Sequence record: NZ_CP028352.1 | Length of the DNA stretch: 64,000 nt | Origin: a plasmid | Direction: 5' to 3' (one strand) | Shown here: one piece after another, positions 18,748 to 28,987 of the stretch | How positions within the stretch are numbered: the stretch's first letter is position 1 | Layout of the letters: every line of letters begins with the position of its first letter | Notes under the pieces: generated by a model | The model's database searches: none | What the model was told of the DNA's origin: nothing | Seen by the model: only the letters and a program-made list of their open reading frames with translations | Program-made: the position numbers and the translations under genes

Positions 18748-19504
18748 TGGCGCCTCCTTCTTCAGCCCTGACAGGCTCTGCGAGCGAGAACGTGACGTTA
18801 TGAAGCGACGCCATTGCCTGCAGCGCGCGCATCAGAAAGCCATACACCGACGTCAGCTCGTCGCTTTCCATGCAGCGGATGTCCGGCGTCAGGAAGATGA
18901 CCTGTCCCGGGCGCTGTCTCAGCGTGCTGAGGCGAAATCCGGGTGCGCCCGTGAACGTTTCTGCCACGTGCGGATGGTGAAAGATGGTCATGCGGTCAGA
19001 GATGGCCAGCACCGATTCGCTGGCCCCCTCAAGCGTTAGCAACCTGCGCGCTGACTGCAGTGAAGGATGATACGGATACTGGCGGCTCCATCGTGCAATA
19101 GCCCCCCAGAGGTCATCAGCCCAGAGCTGGCCAGCCAGTGCACCGAGTCCGGAAGACTGACCGTTAAAATGTCCCGTGTCTCCGGCAAAGGCCATGACGC
19201 AGGTCATGAGGTGGCGCGTCAGATCAGTGTGGGTCGCTGGCGGAAACAGCGCGGCAGCCAGCGCTGTGGCACCGTCCCCGGCGTGCACGTGTCGCAGCGC
19301 ACCCAGCGCGTCCCAGACGTCGCCTTCCTGAGTCTGACCGGGTGCCAGCCGCCAGGCCTGCCACACGTTTTTCCGGTGCGGCGCGTGCCAGAAAGCTTCC
19401 CATAATGCGCCGCAGGGGTCATTTACCAGCACCGGACCGGCGCCCGCGTCCAGCAGGGAAAAAAGTGCGTCGGCGTCCGGCGCAAAGGTCTTGATCGTTG
19501 TCAT
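18734..19504 (-). CDS. Hypothetical protein, 256 aa
   Basis: ORF in the operon. Confidence 0.4.
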   Translation of the reverse strand: MTTIKTFAPDADALFSLLDAGAGPVLVNDPCGALWEAFWHAPHRKNVWQAWRLAPGQTQEGDVWDALGALRHVHAGDGATALAAALFPPATHTDLTRHLMTCVMAFAGDTGHFNGQSSGLGALAGQLWADDLWGAIARWSRQYPYHPSLQSARRLLTLEGASESVLAISDRMTIFHHPHVAETFTGAPGFRLSTLRQRPGQVIFLTPDIRCMESDELTSVYGFLMRALQAMASLHNVTFSLAEPVRAEEGGASETV

Positions 19505-19520
19505 GTTCTCTCCGGAAGAA

Positions 19521-20744
19521 TTACTGTGCGCTGACGCCGGCGCTCATCTGCGTGGACAGGGCCTGCAGCTGCGGGGCGTACTCATTTTTTGCCGCCAGGG
19601 CCAGCTGCTGGCCACTTATGATGTTGGCTTGACGCAGCTCGTTTTTGATGCCGAGCGCCAGCCAGTTGGCCAGACTCTGCTGACGAGCCATTTCGCGTGC
19701 CAGGTTGTCGCCGTCCATAGCCTGCAGGTCAGTAACCCACGCGGTATTGGCATAGCGGCGCCCGACCTCGAACGCTTCAAACTCGCGCTCGCTCATGGTG
19801 CCTGTCTGTTTGGCCTGCGCGGATGCAGTCTGCTGAAAGTAACTTTCTGCTGACGGTGCCTGCCGCGCCTCGGTGAGTGCGGCCTGAGTGGCGTCCTGCG
19901 GCTGACTCGCCGCTACCATGTCGAGCTGCGGCTGCATCGCGGCACTCTGCATCGCCTTGTACTGCGTGAGCAGGCCCTGATACTCCTGACCGGTAGCGGT
20001 CTGGATTTCGCCCTTGCCCGGCGTGCGCCCCGCGTCAAGCTTCGCGGAGTTGCTTACATACGCCATTGCCGCGTCCGTCTGCGCCTGGGTAAAGGTTAGC
20101 TCCGGTGCTTTTCCCGCTTCGCCTGCGCCGTCATAGAGTGAGCGCGCCTCCGTATCGCCGCCCGGCAGGGCTGAGACACCCGGGCACAGGCCGGTGCCGC
20201 CGTAAAGCTTCGCTTCCTCCGCCGTACAGTAGGCAGCATGAATAAGCGCGCTACGGTAGCCGCCCTGCCGGGGTGCAACGGGCAGACTGGCCAGCGTTTC
20301 ACGCACGGCCCTGCTCGAAACCCCGCCGCCACCGGCCAGCCTTGATGCCGACGCCCGGGTTGCCTGACTCACCTGCGCAGCCGTACCGGAGGCCGACTCG
20401 CTGCAGATGGCGTCCGGCACCGAGTAGGCCGACCGCGCCTTCTCCAACCGGTCCACCTGGCGGTTAAAGTTGTCCGCCTCGCGCTGTGTACGCGCTGCTT
20501 CTGTAATGGCTGTGGTGGTTTTGTCTGAGGACTGCACCACTGCCGTACCGGTTTCCTTCTCAGCCGACAGGATTTCAGCCAGCGTTGCCTGCATAGTCTG
20601 CAGCGCCGGCACGACCAGCGTCTCAGTCGGGACGCTGCTCAATTCCTCAGTGGGATAGGCCAGTGCGCAAGGGGAAAGCGCCGCCAGCACGCAGGCGGCA
20701 AGCCACCTGCGCCCCGCAGGGCGCCAATGTGTGGATGATTGCAT
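19521..20744 (-). CDS. Secreted Ala/Gln-rich protein, 407 aa (TraW-size)
   Basis: Signal peptide with a Cys inside the h-region (not assessed as a lipobox); size similar to R64 TraW. Confidence 0.45.
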   Translation of the reverse strand: MQSSTHWRPAGRRWLAACVLAALSPCALAYPTEELSSVPTETLVVPALQTMQATLAEILSAEKETGTAVVQSSDKTTTAITEAARTQREADNFNRQVDRLEKARSAYSVPDAICSESASGTAAQVSQATRASASRLAGGGGVSSRAVRETLASLPVAPRQGGYRSALIHAAYCTAEEAKLYGGTGLCPGVSALPGGDTEARSLYDGAGEAGKAPELTFTQAQTDAAMAYVSNSAKLDAGRTPGKGEIQTATGQEYQGLLTQYKAMQSAAMQPQLDMVAASQPQDATQAALTEARQAPSAESYFQQTASAQAKQTGTMSEREFEAFEVGRRYANTAWVTDLQAMDGDNLAREMARQQSLANWLALGIKNELRQANIISGQQLALAAKNEYAPQLQALSTQMSAGVSAQ

Positions 20745-20762
20745 GTCAGAACTCCAGAAGGG

Positions 20763-23700
20763 TCAGAGGTCGTAGCCCTGTTGATCGATAAGCTCGGTGG
20801 CAAGCGCGCGGATAACGCTCTCTCCGCCCGTTTCGCCAGCAGTGCGGCGGCGGTGCTCTATGAATTTTTCAGCACTGCCATTAGGGAAGAAGCGCCCGAG
20901 AATGCGGCGGGATGTTTCGGCGCCAACATCTTTCTCAAGTGTGCGGCGCAGCGACATATCTACCGGCGTGGTACTGTGGCCCCACAGCTCCTCCGGGCCT
21001 ACTGTGTTTTTCATAATGTGGGCAATGGTGCTACCCCCTTTGATGCGGAAGATACCAAGGAATGGCACGCCGCTGCCGTCGGCTGCGGGACCGCTGCCAA
21101 TGCGCTCAAAGCGGTCCAGCGTCACGTTCGGCACTTTAAAGCGCTCCTGCAGTAGCTTGCGATCTTCCGGGTCAACACCAACCATATAGACGTTGTTCGC
21201 AGACTGGCGAAGCGCATCGGGCATGTCTCGGAAGTACTGCGAGGACAGCACGGTACGCACACCAAACTTTCTCTCCTCGCGGTTGTCGGTCTCAAGCATA
21301 GGGAAGATAAAGGGCACACCTTTGGCGTTATGCAGTTCGTCGTATTGTTTGGTTTTGACCTCTTCATCAAGCTGTTGAACGCGGGCGCGGTGTATCGCAT
21401 GCCAGCGTTCGTGCAACTCAGGGAAAAGCTCGTCCTGATACTGCGGCAGCACGAAGTCACCGCCAGCAATATGTCCGGCGAACAGATACATCATGCCAGT
21501 CTGCAGGTAACCCGCCGGAGACTTGTCGCCAGCGACATACTGAATGTCGACCGTGATGACTCGAGCCTTCGGGCTTATCATGAAGCGCGTGCGTCCGGCA
21601 AACATGCGGTACTGCGCGCAGGCGTCACGCAGGCATCGGGCGATATATTCAATTAGCGGCTCGTTGCTGCCGTCGCGCTGAATATTGCCGTACATACTCC
21701 TGTAATCTTCGCTGAGCAGCCGGGGTGCCATGTCGGCAAGCTCCGGCACTGCCTGGAACTGCGCACGCTGCGACGCAACCGTGTGGCCGGCGTCCTGCAG
21801 CAGGTCACGCACTTCATACCAGGAGGCGTTATCGCGGTATTCCGGATGCGCCTCCCATATACCGGCATCACTCAGCGCCGTATCAACCTCCGGCACAAGC
21901 CCTGGCTCGTAGCGCCGCGGATCCTCACGGCACGCCTTAAATGAATCGCTGACCAGACGACGCAGGATCATTGGCGAATCGCGACCGTTGGGTGGTATGC
22001 CGGTTCCGGGGTCAATACAGAGCGCCGACAAGGCGTTCAGCATAAATGTTGACTCGTAACTCAGCGGCGCAGTCAGGCCCAGCTGGATATCAAACAGGTT
22101 TCGACAGTGCGTTGCATCGTTGCGCAGGATAATGCTGAGCACCTCATCATGACGCTCCGGCGGTAGCCCTGCATGCAGTATTGACACCATGCCCACGGAG
22201 CTGAACCCTTTATCGATGCCAGCATAGAAGGGAAGCTGCTTCTGGGCGGACATTGCGAGAATAATTGACTGACGGTTGATCAGTACCGATTTTCCGCCGC
22301 CGGATTCGCCCGCCACGATAGTGGTTTTCTTGGTCTGATTAGACGCTGCGAGTGCCACTGGCATCAGCCTGCCGTCAGGCGAGATAAACATCGCGTTGCC
22401 TTCTTCACTCCATGCGGTAGTCGGACGGGTGAGTGGCATCAGGTTCAGAGCCTCGGACAGCGGCGGATACATCAGGCACGGTCCGCTTGCCGCAGATGAC
22501 GCTGTGAGTGTGGCCACCCATGCCTTTACCGGATCACCAAAGGTCTGGGTCACGCCACAGATCCCCCATGAAGTCAGCGCCTGCTGTAGCAGCGTGAGGT
22601 TGCGCGTCACGGTCTCCGGCGAATCTCCCCAGGTTGCAGCGGTGATGGTCATTACGCATACCGGCTCGTGCATCTCGCGCTCGGCCAGCAGAGAAATCGA
22701 CTGAAAAATCGGCTTCAGCCCCGGCACCCACTCAGTAAAGCTCAAGACTGCCTGTTTACCGCCCAGCCGGCGCATGCCGCCCGGCATCAGGTCCTGACGG
22801 ATACGGAACGGAACGCTGCGCGGAATAAGTTCGCGAAGCTTTGCAAAACTTTGCGGATTCTGCGGCCCAAGATTCACTGCCACCGTACCGTGCCATACAC
22901 CGTTAATTTTCAGCAGGTTATTGCGAATCTCGTCGACGTATGTACCCATCACCTGAAAGTTCAGCCAGGGTGCCAGTAGCGCTGTTGCATCTGCCCCCTG
23001 GCGCACCCCGCGGGGAATAATGCGGTCATCGGGAAGCAAAGGTTGCCAGGCAGCGCCAGTGCCCGGATCAATCTGCGTGCGCAGCACGCGACCTGCCTCA
23101 TGGGCATCGATGCGGCGCATCAGCACACCCTTACCACTGTCGCCCAGCGCGCGTTCCACCTGCGAAAGAAAAGCGTCATGACGGATTTTAAGTCCCGCCA
23201 GTTCGGTAATCAGCGGGTTCTGCCCGAATGCAGCGGTGGGGCTTGCCTTCAAAAGGTCACTAAGACGTGCGTTTTCATCACGCAGTTCGTGCCCAGCCAG
23301 CACGCCGCGCCCGGTGTAGCACACAAGCCAGGTGCGTTCGCGGTTCACCCATGGCTTGAGCTTTTGCACCTGTTCGTCGAGCAGATACTGCAGCTTCAGT
23401 CCGGTTCGCTTCAGAGACTGATACTGTGGCAGCAGCAGCCGCCTGACTTCGTCCGCGCCGCCGGCAGGATCGCACTCGTGCACGATGCTGATACGGTGTC
23501 CTATGTAGCGATAGTGAGCGGTCAGCGTCTCGGTCATACGCTGCAGGCGACCCTGCCACGAGTCATCATGCGAGGACGCCAGATTTTCGTCAGATTCACG
23601 GTAGCTGCCTGATATTTCAAACACCGAGAGGTAGTCGCCTTTGTGCGTAACCATGATGTACGGCGCGCTCAGCTCCGGGTGGCGGATGCGGTCGTCTTCG

Positions 23701-23813
23701 GTCAGGCGCACCACAGTTTCGAGGTCACCGTAATCAGGCAGATCGCGCGACACGGCAAAGCGCGTTGCAGCGGTGATGATTTCTTCAGTCCAGCGGATGA
23801 GGCGGTTTGGCAT
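20763..23813 (-). CDS. traU: TraU/DotO(IcmB)-like T4BSS ATPase, about 1016 aa (start taken at MPNRLIRW)
   Basis: Walker A IVAGESGGGKSVLI; about 1000 aa; the N-terminus is comparable to IcmB. Confidence 0.8.
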   Translation of the reverse strand: MPNRLIRWTEEIITAATRFAVSRDLPDYGDLETVVRLTEDDRIRHPELSAPYIMVTHKGDYLSVFEISGSYRESDENLASSHDDSWQGRLQRMTETLTAHYRYIGHRISIVHECDPAGGADEVRRLLLPQYQSLKRTGLKLQYLLDEQVQKLKPWVNRERTWLVCYTGRGVLAGHELRDENARLSDLLKASPTAAFGQNPLITELAGLKIRHDAFLSQVERALGDSGKGVLMRRIDAHEAGRVLRTQIDPGTGAAWQPLLPDDRIIPRGVRQGADATALLAPWLNFQVMGTYVDEIRNNLLKINGVWHGTVAVNLGPQNPQSFAKLRELIPRSVPFRIRQDLMPGGMRRLGGKQAVLSFTEWVPGLKPIFQSISLLAEREMHEPVCVMTITAATWGDSPETVTRNLTLLQQALTSWGICGVTQTFGDPVKAWVATLTASSAASGPCLMYPPLSEALNLMPLTRPTTAWSEEGNAMFISPDGRLMPVALAASNQTKKTTIVAGESGGGKSVLINRQSIILAMSAQKQLPFYAGIDKGFSSVGMVSILHAGLPPERHDEVLSIILRNDATHCRNLFDIQLGLTAPLSYESTFMLNALSALCIDPGTGIPPNGRDSPMILRRLVSDSFKACREDPRRYEPGLVPEVDTALSDAGIWEAHPEYRDNASWYEVRDLLQDAGHTVASQRAQFQAVPELADMAPRLLSEDYRSMYGNIQRDGSNEPLIEYIARCLRDACAQYRMFAGRTRFMISPKARVITVDIQYVAGDKSPAGYLQTGMMYLFAGHIAGGDFVLPQYQDELFPELHERWHAIHRARVQQLDEEVKTKQYDELHNAKGVPFIFPMLETDNREERKFGVRTVLSSQYFRDMPDALRQSANNVYMVGVDPEDRKLLQERFKVPNVTLDRFERIGSGPAADGSGVPFLGIFRIKGGSTIAHIMKNTVGPEELWGHSTTPVDMSLRRTLEKDVGAETSRRILGRFFPNGSAEKFIEHRRRTAGETGGESVIRALATELIDQQGYDL

Positions 23814-24408
23814 ACAGGTCGCTCCGGGTATAGGTATTCCAGGCCGGGGTATGCACGGCGCTTTCAGCGGTGCGCCCCATCGGCAGCAGCAGGGTAATGT
23901 CGCTGAATACGTCAGCGGGCAATATAAGCACGCAGCCTTCAAGCCGCTGCTGCATGAGTTTTCGCTTCAGAGGGGGCAGCCGTGCAAAGGCTGCGGCAAA
24001 CTCCGGCGCGCGGGATGTACCCCACTCGTTCTCTACCTCGCGTGCGTGGCGGGCGAGCCAGTTCCAGACCTTCCGTGACTCTTTACGTACGGCTTTAATT
24101 TCGCTGCATAGTCCGATAAGTGCACGGCGCTGCAGGTTAATGAGGTCGGCCGGTTGCGCGTCGGGCAGCCAGGCAAGGTGTCCGTGTGCTGCTGTCGGGC
24201 TGTCCAAATTCAGGGTCAGCCAGCAGAGCGTGCAGAGCGGCTGCGCATCCGGTCCCTGCCAGAGACGCTGCGCGCGAGTTCCGCAACAGCGGCAGGAAGA
24301 GCCGGCGTTTGCAGGTATTGGCCTCGGTGGAGTTTCTTCGCCGCTGACGTCCGGAATGAGCGGCAGCAGTGAACCCGCCGCCGGGACCGGGGCGTGATTA
24401 GGATTCAT
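23785..24408 (-). CDS. Cys-rich protein, 207 aa (TraT/DotN position)
   Basis: CRCCGTRAQRLW...CTLC suggests a zinc-binding cluster. Confidence 0.45.
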   Translation of the reverse strand: MNPNHAPVPAAGSLLPLIPDVSGEETPPRPIPANAGSSCRCCGTRAQRLWQGPDAQPLCTLCWLTLNLDSPTAAHGHLAWLPDAQPADLINLQRRALIGLCSEIKAVRKESRKVWNWLARHAREVENEWGTSRAPEFAAAFARLPPLKRKLMQQRLEGCVLILPADVFSDITLLLPMGRTAESAVHTPAWNTYTRSDLYAKPPHPLD

Positions 24409-24520
24409 AGTGATACCCTGTCGGAAATGAAAAATTAGAGGGGGATAATGTCAGTCAGAAGAAATGGGTACTGGTCAGCTAATCCACATCAATGCTGCCG
24501 CAGAAACCAGTGTAGTGTGC

Positions 24521-24859
24521 TTAACGGCGAAATGGACGGGAAAGAGCCGCCATACTCTCCCACTGTGGCCAGCCCGTTTTGGGCTGCACACTACAGTAGG
24601 ACTCACTGCCGCCCACCATTGCCTCCGCTCCCTGACTGTAGGCTTTCCCCTCCAGCCAGCAGGTACCGGTTCCGGCGCTCTGGTTCAGCTTCTCCAGTAC
24701 CTGCTGCAGGTGGCTGTCGATAACCTGCGCAGTGATGTTCAATTGGTCGAGCTTCCTGCTGACGTTAGCATCGCTCACCGGCTGACTGGCAAATGCACTG
24801 GCACACAGCCCGGCAGTTAAAGCGAAGACTACGCCCCTGCGGAATAATCTTTTCATCAA
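24521..24859 (-). CDS. Small secreted protein, 112 aa
   Basis: Signal peptide MMKRLFRRGVVFALTAGLCASAFA. Confidence 0.4.
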   Translation of the reverse strand: MMKRLFRRGVVFALTAGLCASAFASQPVSDANVSRKLDQLNITAQVIDSHLQQVLEKLNQSAGTGTCWLEGKAYSQGAEAMVGGSESYCSVQPKTGWPQWESMAALSRPFRR

Positions 24860-24923
24860 GGAACTCCGGAATGAATGAGAAGAGAAAAAGTGAAAGAGCC
24901 GCCCTGTGGGGCGGCCGGGGGAA

Positions 24924-25310
24924 TTAACTGACCGAAACTGGCGTAAGGCCCATCTGCGTCATGCCGCGTTTAATAATCTCAGTGATGCCAATAGCCAGTA
25001 ACCCGCCACCGATGGCGAGTACGATCATCCAGGGCTTAATTTGCGGGTTGTTCTTCATGGCCTTAATGGAGAGAAGACCGCCAGCCACAGCAAAGAACCC
25101 TACGACCTGAATAATGGTGATCCCGCTGGTCTGAATTGACTTCGCACCTTCAGCTCCGCTTTTGGCCATATCCGCCAGATCTCCGTCGGCCATGGCCACA
25201 GGTGAGATTAGCGCGGCCCAGGCGTAAACGCCTCGCAAAGCGAGCTGACGCAGGCTTTCAGACAGCATAAGTGCGCGGGTAAAGGCCGCGCGGTAAAGGC
25301 GAGTAAGCAT
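24924..25310 (-). CDS. Small membrane protein, about 128 aa (start at MLTRLYR)
   Basis: Two TM helices (traR/traQ region). Confidence 0.4.
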   Translation of the reverse strand: MLTRLYRAAFTRALMLSESLRQLALRGVYAWAALISPVAMADGDLADMAKSGAEGAKSIQTSGITIIQVVGFFAVAGGLLSIKAMKNNPQIKPWMIVLAIGGGLLAIGITEIIKRGMTQMGLTPVSVS

Positions 25311-25383
25311 GGTATTTTCCTTTAAATGATGGCCGGATGGCCAGTTGAGTTCGTCCGTGTGGACGTAAGACTGAACGGCTGCG

Positions 25384-25923
25384 TCAGAGCAGGCCGAGTG
25401 TTTTCTGTAAGGCGTCAAGCAGGTAGGGGTTACACACAAACATCACGCCGATAATAAATTTGACTGTGCCGCTACTGACGTCGTTGCCCGCAGTCAGGCC
25501 GGAATGGCCGTCTTTTCGGGAACGACGCCACATCAGAACGCCGGAGAGGACGAACCATACACCTACCATTCGCAGCAGGCTCAGCAGGGCGTTGGCGGCG
25601 ACTGCCCCCTGACCGAAGGTGCCCTGGTCAACATAACTGATGGCGTCAAATGAAACTTGCCACCCCACCTGACGCGCCCCCGCGCCAATAAGTTGATCAA
25701 GTCCTACCAGGCAGCCGCACAGCAGTATCCAGGCCACCACTGCGCCGCCGCTCGCCGACTGCCCGGGTGCTTTGCGGGCAAGCCAGGACTGACGGGCAAG
25801 AAACCCGCCTGCTCCCAGTACCCCGAACAACGATCCCAGCGTCAGGGCCAGGGAGATGAAAGTGCTCTGCAGCCCGGAGGCAAGGTTAGAAAGCATCTGG
25901 ATGCCATCAAGAGAACTGCCCAT
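25384..25923 (-). CDS. Membrane protein, 179 aa
   Basis: Four or five TM helices. Confidence 0.45.
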   Translation of the reverse strand: MGSSLDGIQMLSNLASGLQSTFISLALTLGSLFGVLGAGGFLARQSWLARKAPGQSASGGAVVAWILLCGCLVGLDQLIGAGARQVGWQVSFDAISYVDQGTFGQGAVAANALLSLLRMVGVWFVLSGVLMWRRSRKDGHSGLTAGNDVSSGTVKFIIGVMFVCNPYLLDALQKTLGLL

Positions 25924-25932
25924 GACGCCTCC

Positions 25933-26673
25933 TTAGCGAAGCACGCCAGCGCTGGTCATAACGCTGCGCTCCGCCGAGCTGATATCGCGCACTGTCACAC
26001 CTCCCAGGCTGTCTCCCGGCTGCACGGCATAGGTTCTGCCCTGCCAGCTCACCCATGCCATGCCTTCCTGAAGACTTTCCAGCCGCATGCCGGCAAGCGC
26101 TGAGCGTGTTACTTTATGCCCTGTGGCAGGCCGGGAGGCATCTGCAGCAGGACGGACTGCCAGTACGGTGACAAGATTGCCCAGCCGCACGTTCTCCTGC
26201 GCCACTCCATCAAGCTGCTGCTGCAGCGCGGACAGTGCCTTAGTCTGTGCCCGCACTGTGTCAGACAGGCGTGTAATAGCTTCACGATTGGCCGCCTCAA
26301 ACTCCCGCCCCTCACGAATAATTGAGACAAGGTCATCCGGCACGCTGCCGGCAGCAGGTGCCGTATTCACAGTCGCGGGAACGCTGAGCCCGCCGGTCTG
26401 CAGCGGTACCGGTGCAGAGGCTGCAGGTGCCTGGACAGCTTCCAGCCCGGCGTCCTGACCAAACGCACGCTGGCTGGCCTCCTGTGAGGAAGAAGCGGGC
26501 CAGAACAGGTACCATGCCGTGCCGCCCAGCCCCAGAAAGATAACGATTATCCAGGGCAGCGAGTAGCCCAGAAGCACTGGGCGCGTCAGCAGACTCTGTT
26601 TTTTTGCAGCGAGCGGTGACGCGGCTGGAGCCACAGGTGCAGTTTCTGCCGGCTGCGGATCAAATTCATTCAC
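25933..26673 (-). CDS. Bitopic periplasmic protein, 246 aa (TraP position)
   Basis: One TM helix, Ala/Pro-rich linker, C-terminal domain. Confidence 0.45.
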   Translation of the reverse strand: MNEFDPQPAETAPVAPAASPLAAKKQSLLTRPVLLGYSLPWIIVIFLGLGGTAWYLFWPASSSQEASQRAFGQDAGLEAVQAPAASAPVPLQTGGLSVPATVNTAPAAGSVPDDLVSIIREGREFEAANREAITRLSDTVRAQTKALSALQQQLDGVAQENVRLGNLVTVLAVRPAADASRPATGHKVTRSALAGMRLESLQEGMAWVSWQGRTYAVQPGDSLGGVTVRDISSAERSVMTSAGVLR

Positions 26674-27973
26674 GGGCGTTTCCTCTCTGTTCAGCGGCGC
26701 GGATGCGCGCCTGCGTTTCCGCGCGAAGGTCTGCGGCGGTAGGTGTCGGATTGCTGCTTAATGAGTCAGACGTTCTGAAGCTGCCAGATGAGGACATGAC
26801 TCCCTGCGGTGATTCAGCATCGGTGCTGTACACGCCTCGCATAAACTGGATGGCCACCACTTCGCCATTTTTCACCGTTACGGTACGATCCGGCAGTCGC
26901 GCGGCATCGCTGGCCAGCACCTGTGCCGCCTGCTCCGCTGTACCACCTGCAATGACCCCGGCGACTGCTGTTCCATCCGGCGTGGAGGGACGTGTAGTAA
27001 CGGTATTAAAGCCATTGCTCAGCAGCTGCGTATTGGCCTGCGCGTAAAGCTGACCTGTTGCGCCAATTCCCTTAAAGATTGCAGGCAGCACAATGCGTCG
27101 GACATAGTGATGCTCAACGTCAGTCGCGATGTTGGCTACGAGGGTGTCATCCTGCAGCGCGTAAGCATCTACTTTGTAGTTCTGTCCGTTCAGCGCCATT
27201 GTGGTGAAGTGAATAATCACGCCATCGCCGGACAGCTTCGCCCCCTCGGGTGCCTGCAGCACCGCGCCAGCGTACTGACCTGTGGTGATCCGGCCCAGCA
27301 CCGGCGTGGTGCCGTTGTCAGAGTTAACCGCTGTGTAAATCTCACCCGGCCCGCGCCAGTATGGTGCCACTACAACAGAGGCCGGCGGTGTGTTCTCGAT
27401 GGCATGACGGCTGCGCGCGGCGGCCTGCTGTGTATAGCTGCCAGGCTGCGAATCACGCCAGCTTGCCCAGCTACTCTCTTTTTCTCCCAGCAGCTGAGCC
27501 GTCGGCAGCTCATCTGTTTTCGGCTCCATCTGCATCTTTGCAAGCAAAGCATTCAGCGACTTTGTACGAGTCTCAGCCAGCGATTTTTCCTGCTCCGGTG
27601 TTCGGCCGCCGGCCTGCTGTCGCGGTGGAGGCGTAGACGTCGCAGCAGGAGCCACAACTACAGCAGATTTAGGAGTCACCACATCCTGCTGCGCCGGAAT
27701 GCTGGCAATGAAGCTCGTGTTCCGGGCAGCGGCGGCCTGCGCGCCCAGTGCGTTGCTTTCACGCAGCCGGTCCCGATAGTCAGGCTGCTCCTGTGCGCCC
27801 ACCTGCGCGGTACTTGCAAGGCGGGTCAGATTGACATTTGAGGGCTCGATCGCCGGTGCGGCAAAGTAGCTCCACAGCCAGTAGCCGCCGCCTGCGAATA
27901 TCACAATGCCACCCGCTATCAGACTTATCATCAGGCGGATGTTGCTGCCGCCGGTATTCTGTTGATCGCTCAT
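26666..27973 (-). CDS. traO: TraO/DotG-like (VirB10-like) bitopic protein, 435 aa
   Basis: N-terminal TM helix, Pro/Ala-rich region, conserved C-terminal domain; size 429-like. Confidence 0.55.
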   Translation of the reverse strand: MSDQQNTGGSNIRLMISLIAGGIVIFAGGGYWLWSYFAAPAIEPSNVNLTRLASTAQVGAQEQPDYRDRLRESNALGAQAAAARNTSFIASIPAQQDVVTPKSAVVVAPAATSTPPPRQQAGGRTPEQEKSLAETRTKSLNALLAKMQMEPKTDELPTAQLLGEKESSWASWRDSQPGSYTQQAAARSRHAIENTPPASVVVAPYWRGPGEIYTAVNSDNGTTPVLGRITTGQYAGAVLQAPEGAKLSGDGVIIHFTTMALNGQNYKVDAYALQDDTLVANIATDVEHHYVRRIVLPAIFKGIGATGQLYAQANTQLLSNGFNTVTTRPSTPDGTAVAGVIAGGTAEQAAQVLASDAARLPDRTVTVKNGEVVAIQFMRGVYSTDAESPQGVMSSSGSFRTSDSLSSNPTPTAADLRAETQARIRAAEQRGNARE

Positions 27974-27975
27974 GA

Positions 27976-28983
27976 TTACTCCAGGGCAATACTGAGGGCT
28001 TCGGTACGCCCATCAACGGAGAAGGCCACACGCGGCGTCAGCGGAAGCTTCCACAAATGCGTGCCGTCGGCGGAGGATAGCGTGGTGTCAAACTCGTCGC
28101 GGATGTCCGCGCGCGAACGAATGTAGAGATCGTCGCCCTGCTGCCACACCGCGGTGTCGGGCACGCTGCCGGTCACCTTCAGGCGCTTTGCGCCCGATGG
28201 CGGCACGCCGTCCAGAAACGCCTGCAGCACGTCGTCGTGCAGCCCGATACGTGACGGTCCCGGCGCGTCTGGAGCTGCACCTGGACCGCGGCGAGGGATC
28301 CGCAAGTCAAGGCGCGCATCCACCGTCCAGGTTTTTTTGGCGGTGTCAGCCTCGCCGCTCATCACGCTTATCTGAATCGGCACCGGCAAGCCTTCCAGTC
28401 CTACAGTCACCAGCGTGTTCACGAAATCGCGCTTTGCAGTGATGACCATAAAGGACATACCCGGTATCCACTTCACTTCAATCTCAGCGGAGCCAGAGAC
28501 CGGTTCACCTAAGATTTTCCAGGGCGCGCCCGTACTGTCAATAAAGCTCACCGTGGCGGGCCAGTTTACGGCGGTACGCACCAGCGGTAGGCTCGCGCCC
28601 GGCTGCAGACTCACAGTCTGTGCGCTGATGCGTGGCACCGCTGTGATACCCGGCGTAGCCAGCGCCCGGTTCTGTTCGGTCTGCTGCGCGCGCAGTTGGC
28701 GGATTTCATCCGGCGTCAGAGGAGATATGGTCGCCTGCGCCTGGTCGTACGCGGCCGATGTAGGCGGCGGCAGCGCCTGTCCGGGCAGCGGCCCAGACTG
28801 CAGGGCCGAGGCGCCCACCGCCTGCCCTGATGCAGTCTGACTGGCGGTCGGCGCGGCGCCGGGCGTTGCGGTGGTGCGCCAGTTGCCGTCGCTCCCGGCA
28901 GCCGGGGGGGTTCCCGCTGAGGTGGCGGCGCCCGCGCTACCGCACAGCGCCAGCCACAGGGCCAGCATGCGAAAGTTGCTCAT
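27976..28983 (-). CDS. traN: TraN/DotH-like secreted protein (start at MSNFRM)
   Basis: Signal peptide; size and order. Confidence 0.5.
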   Translation of the reverse strand: MSNFRMLALWLALCGSAGAATSAGTPPAAGSDGNWRTTATPGAAPTASQTASGQAVGASALQSGPLPGQALPPPTSAAYDQAQATISPLTPDEIRQLRAQQTEQNRALATPGITAVPRISAQTVSLQPGASLPLVRTAVNWPATVSFIDSTGAPWKILGEPVSGSAEIEVKWIPGMSFMVITAKRDFVNTLVTVGLEGLPVPIQISVMSGEADTAKKTWTVDARLDLRIPRRGPGAAPDAPGPSRIGLHDDVLQAFLDGVPPSGAKRLKVTGSVPDTAVWQQGDDLYIRSRADIRDEFDTTLSSADGTHLWKLPLTPRVAFSVDGRTEALSIALE

Positions 28984-28987
28984 AGCA

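Noticed and set aside
23785-23942. N-terminal extension of the traU ORF (MKAACLYCPLTYS...)
   Set aside because: It would overlap the upstream gene by 158 nt. The conserved DotO-like N-terminus begins at MPNRLIRW, so the start was moved to 23813.
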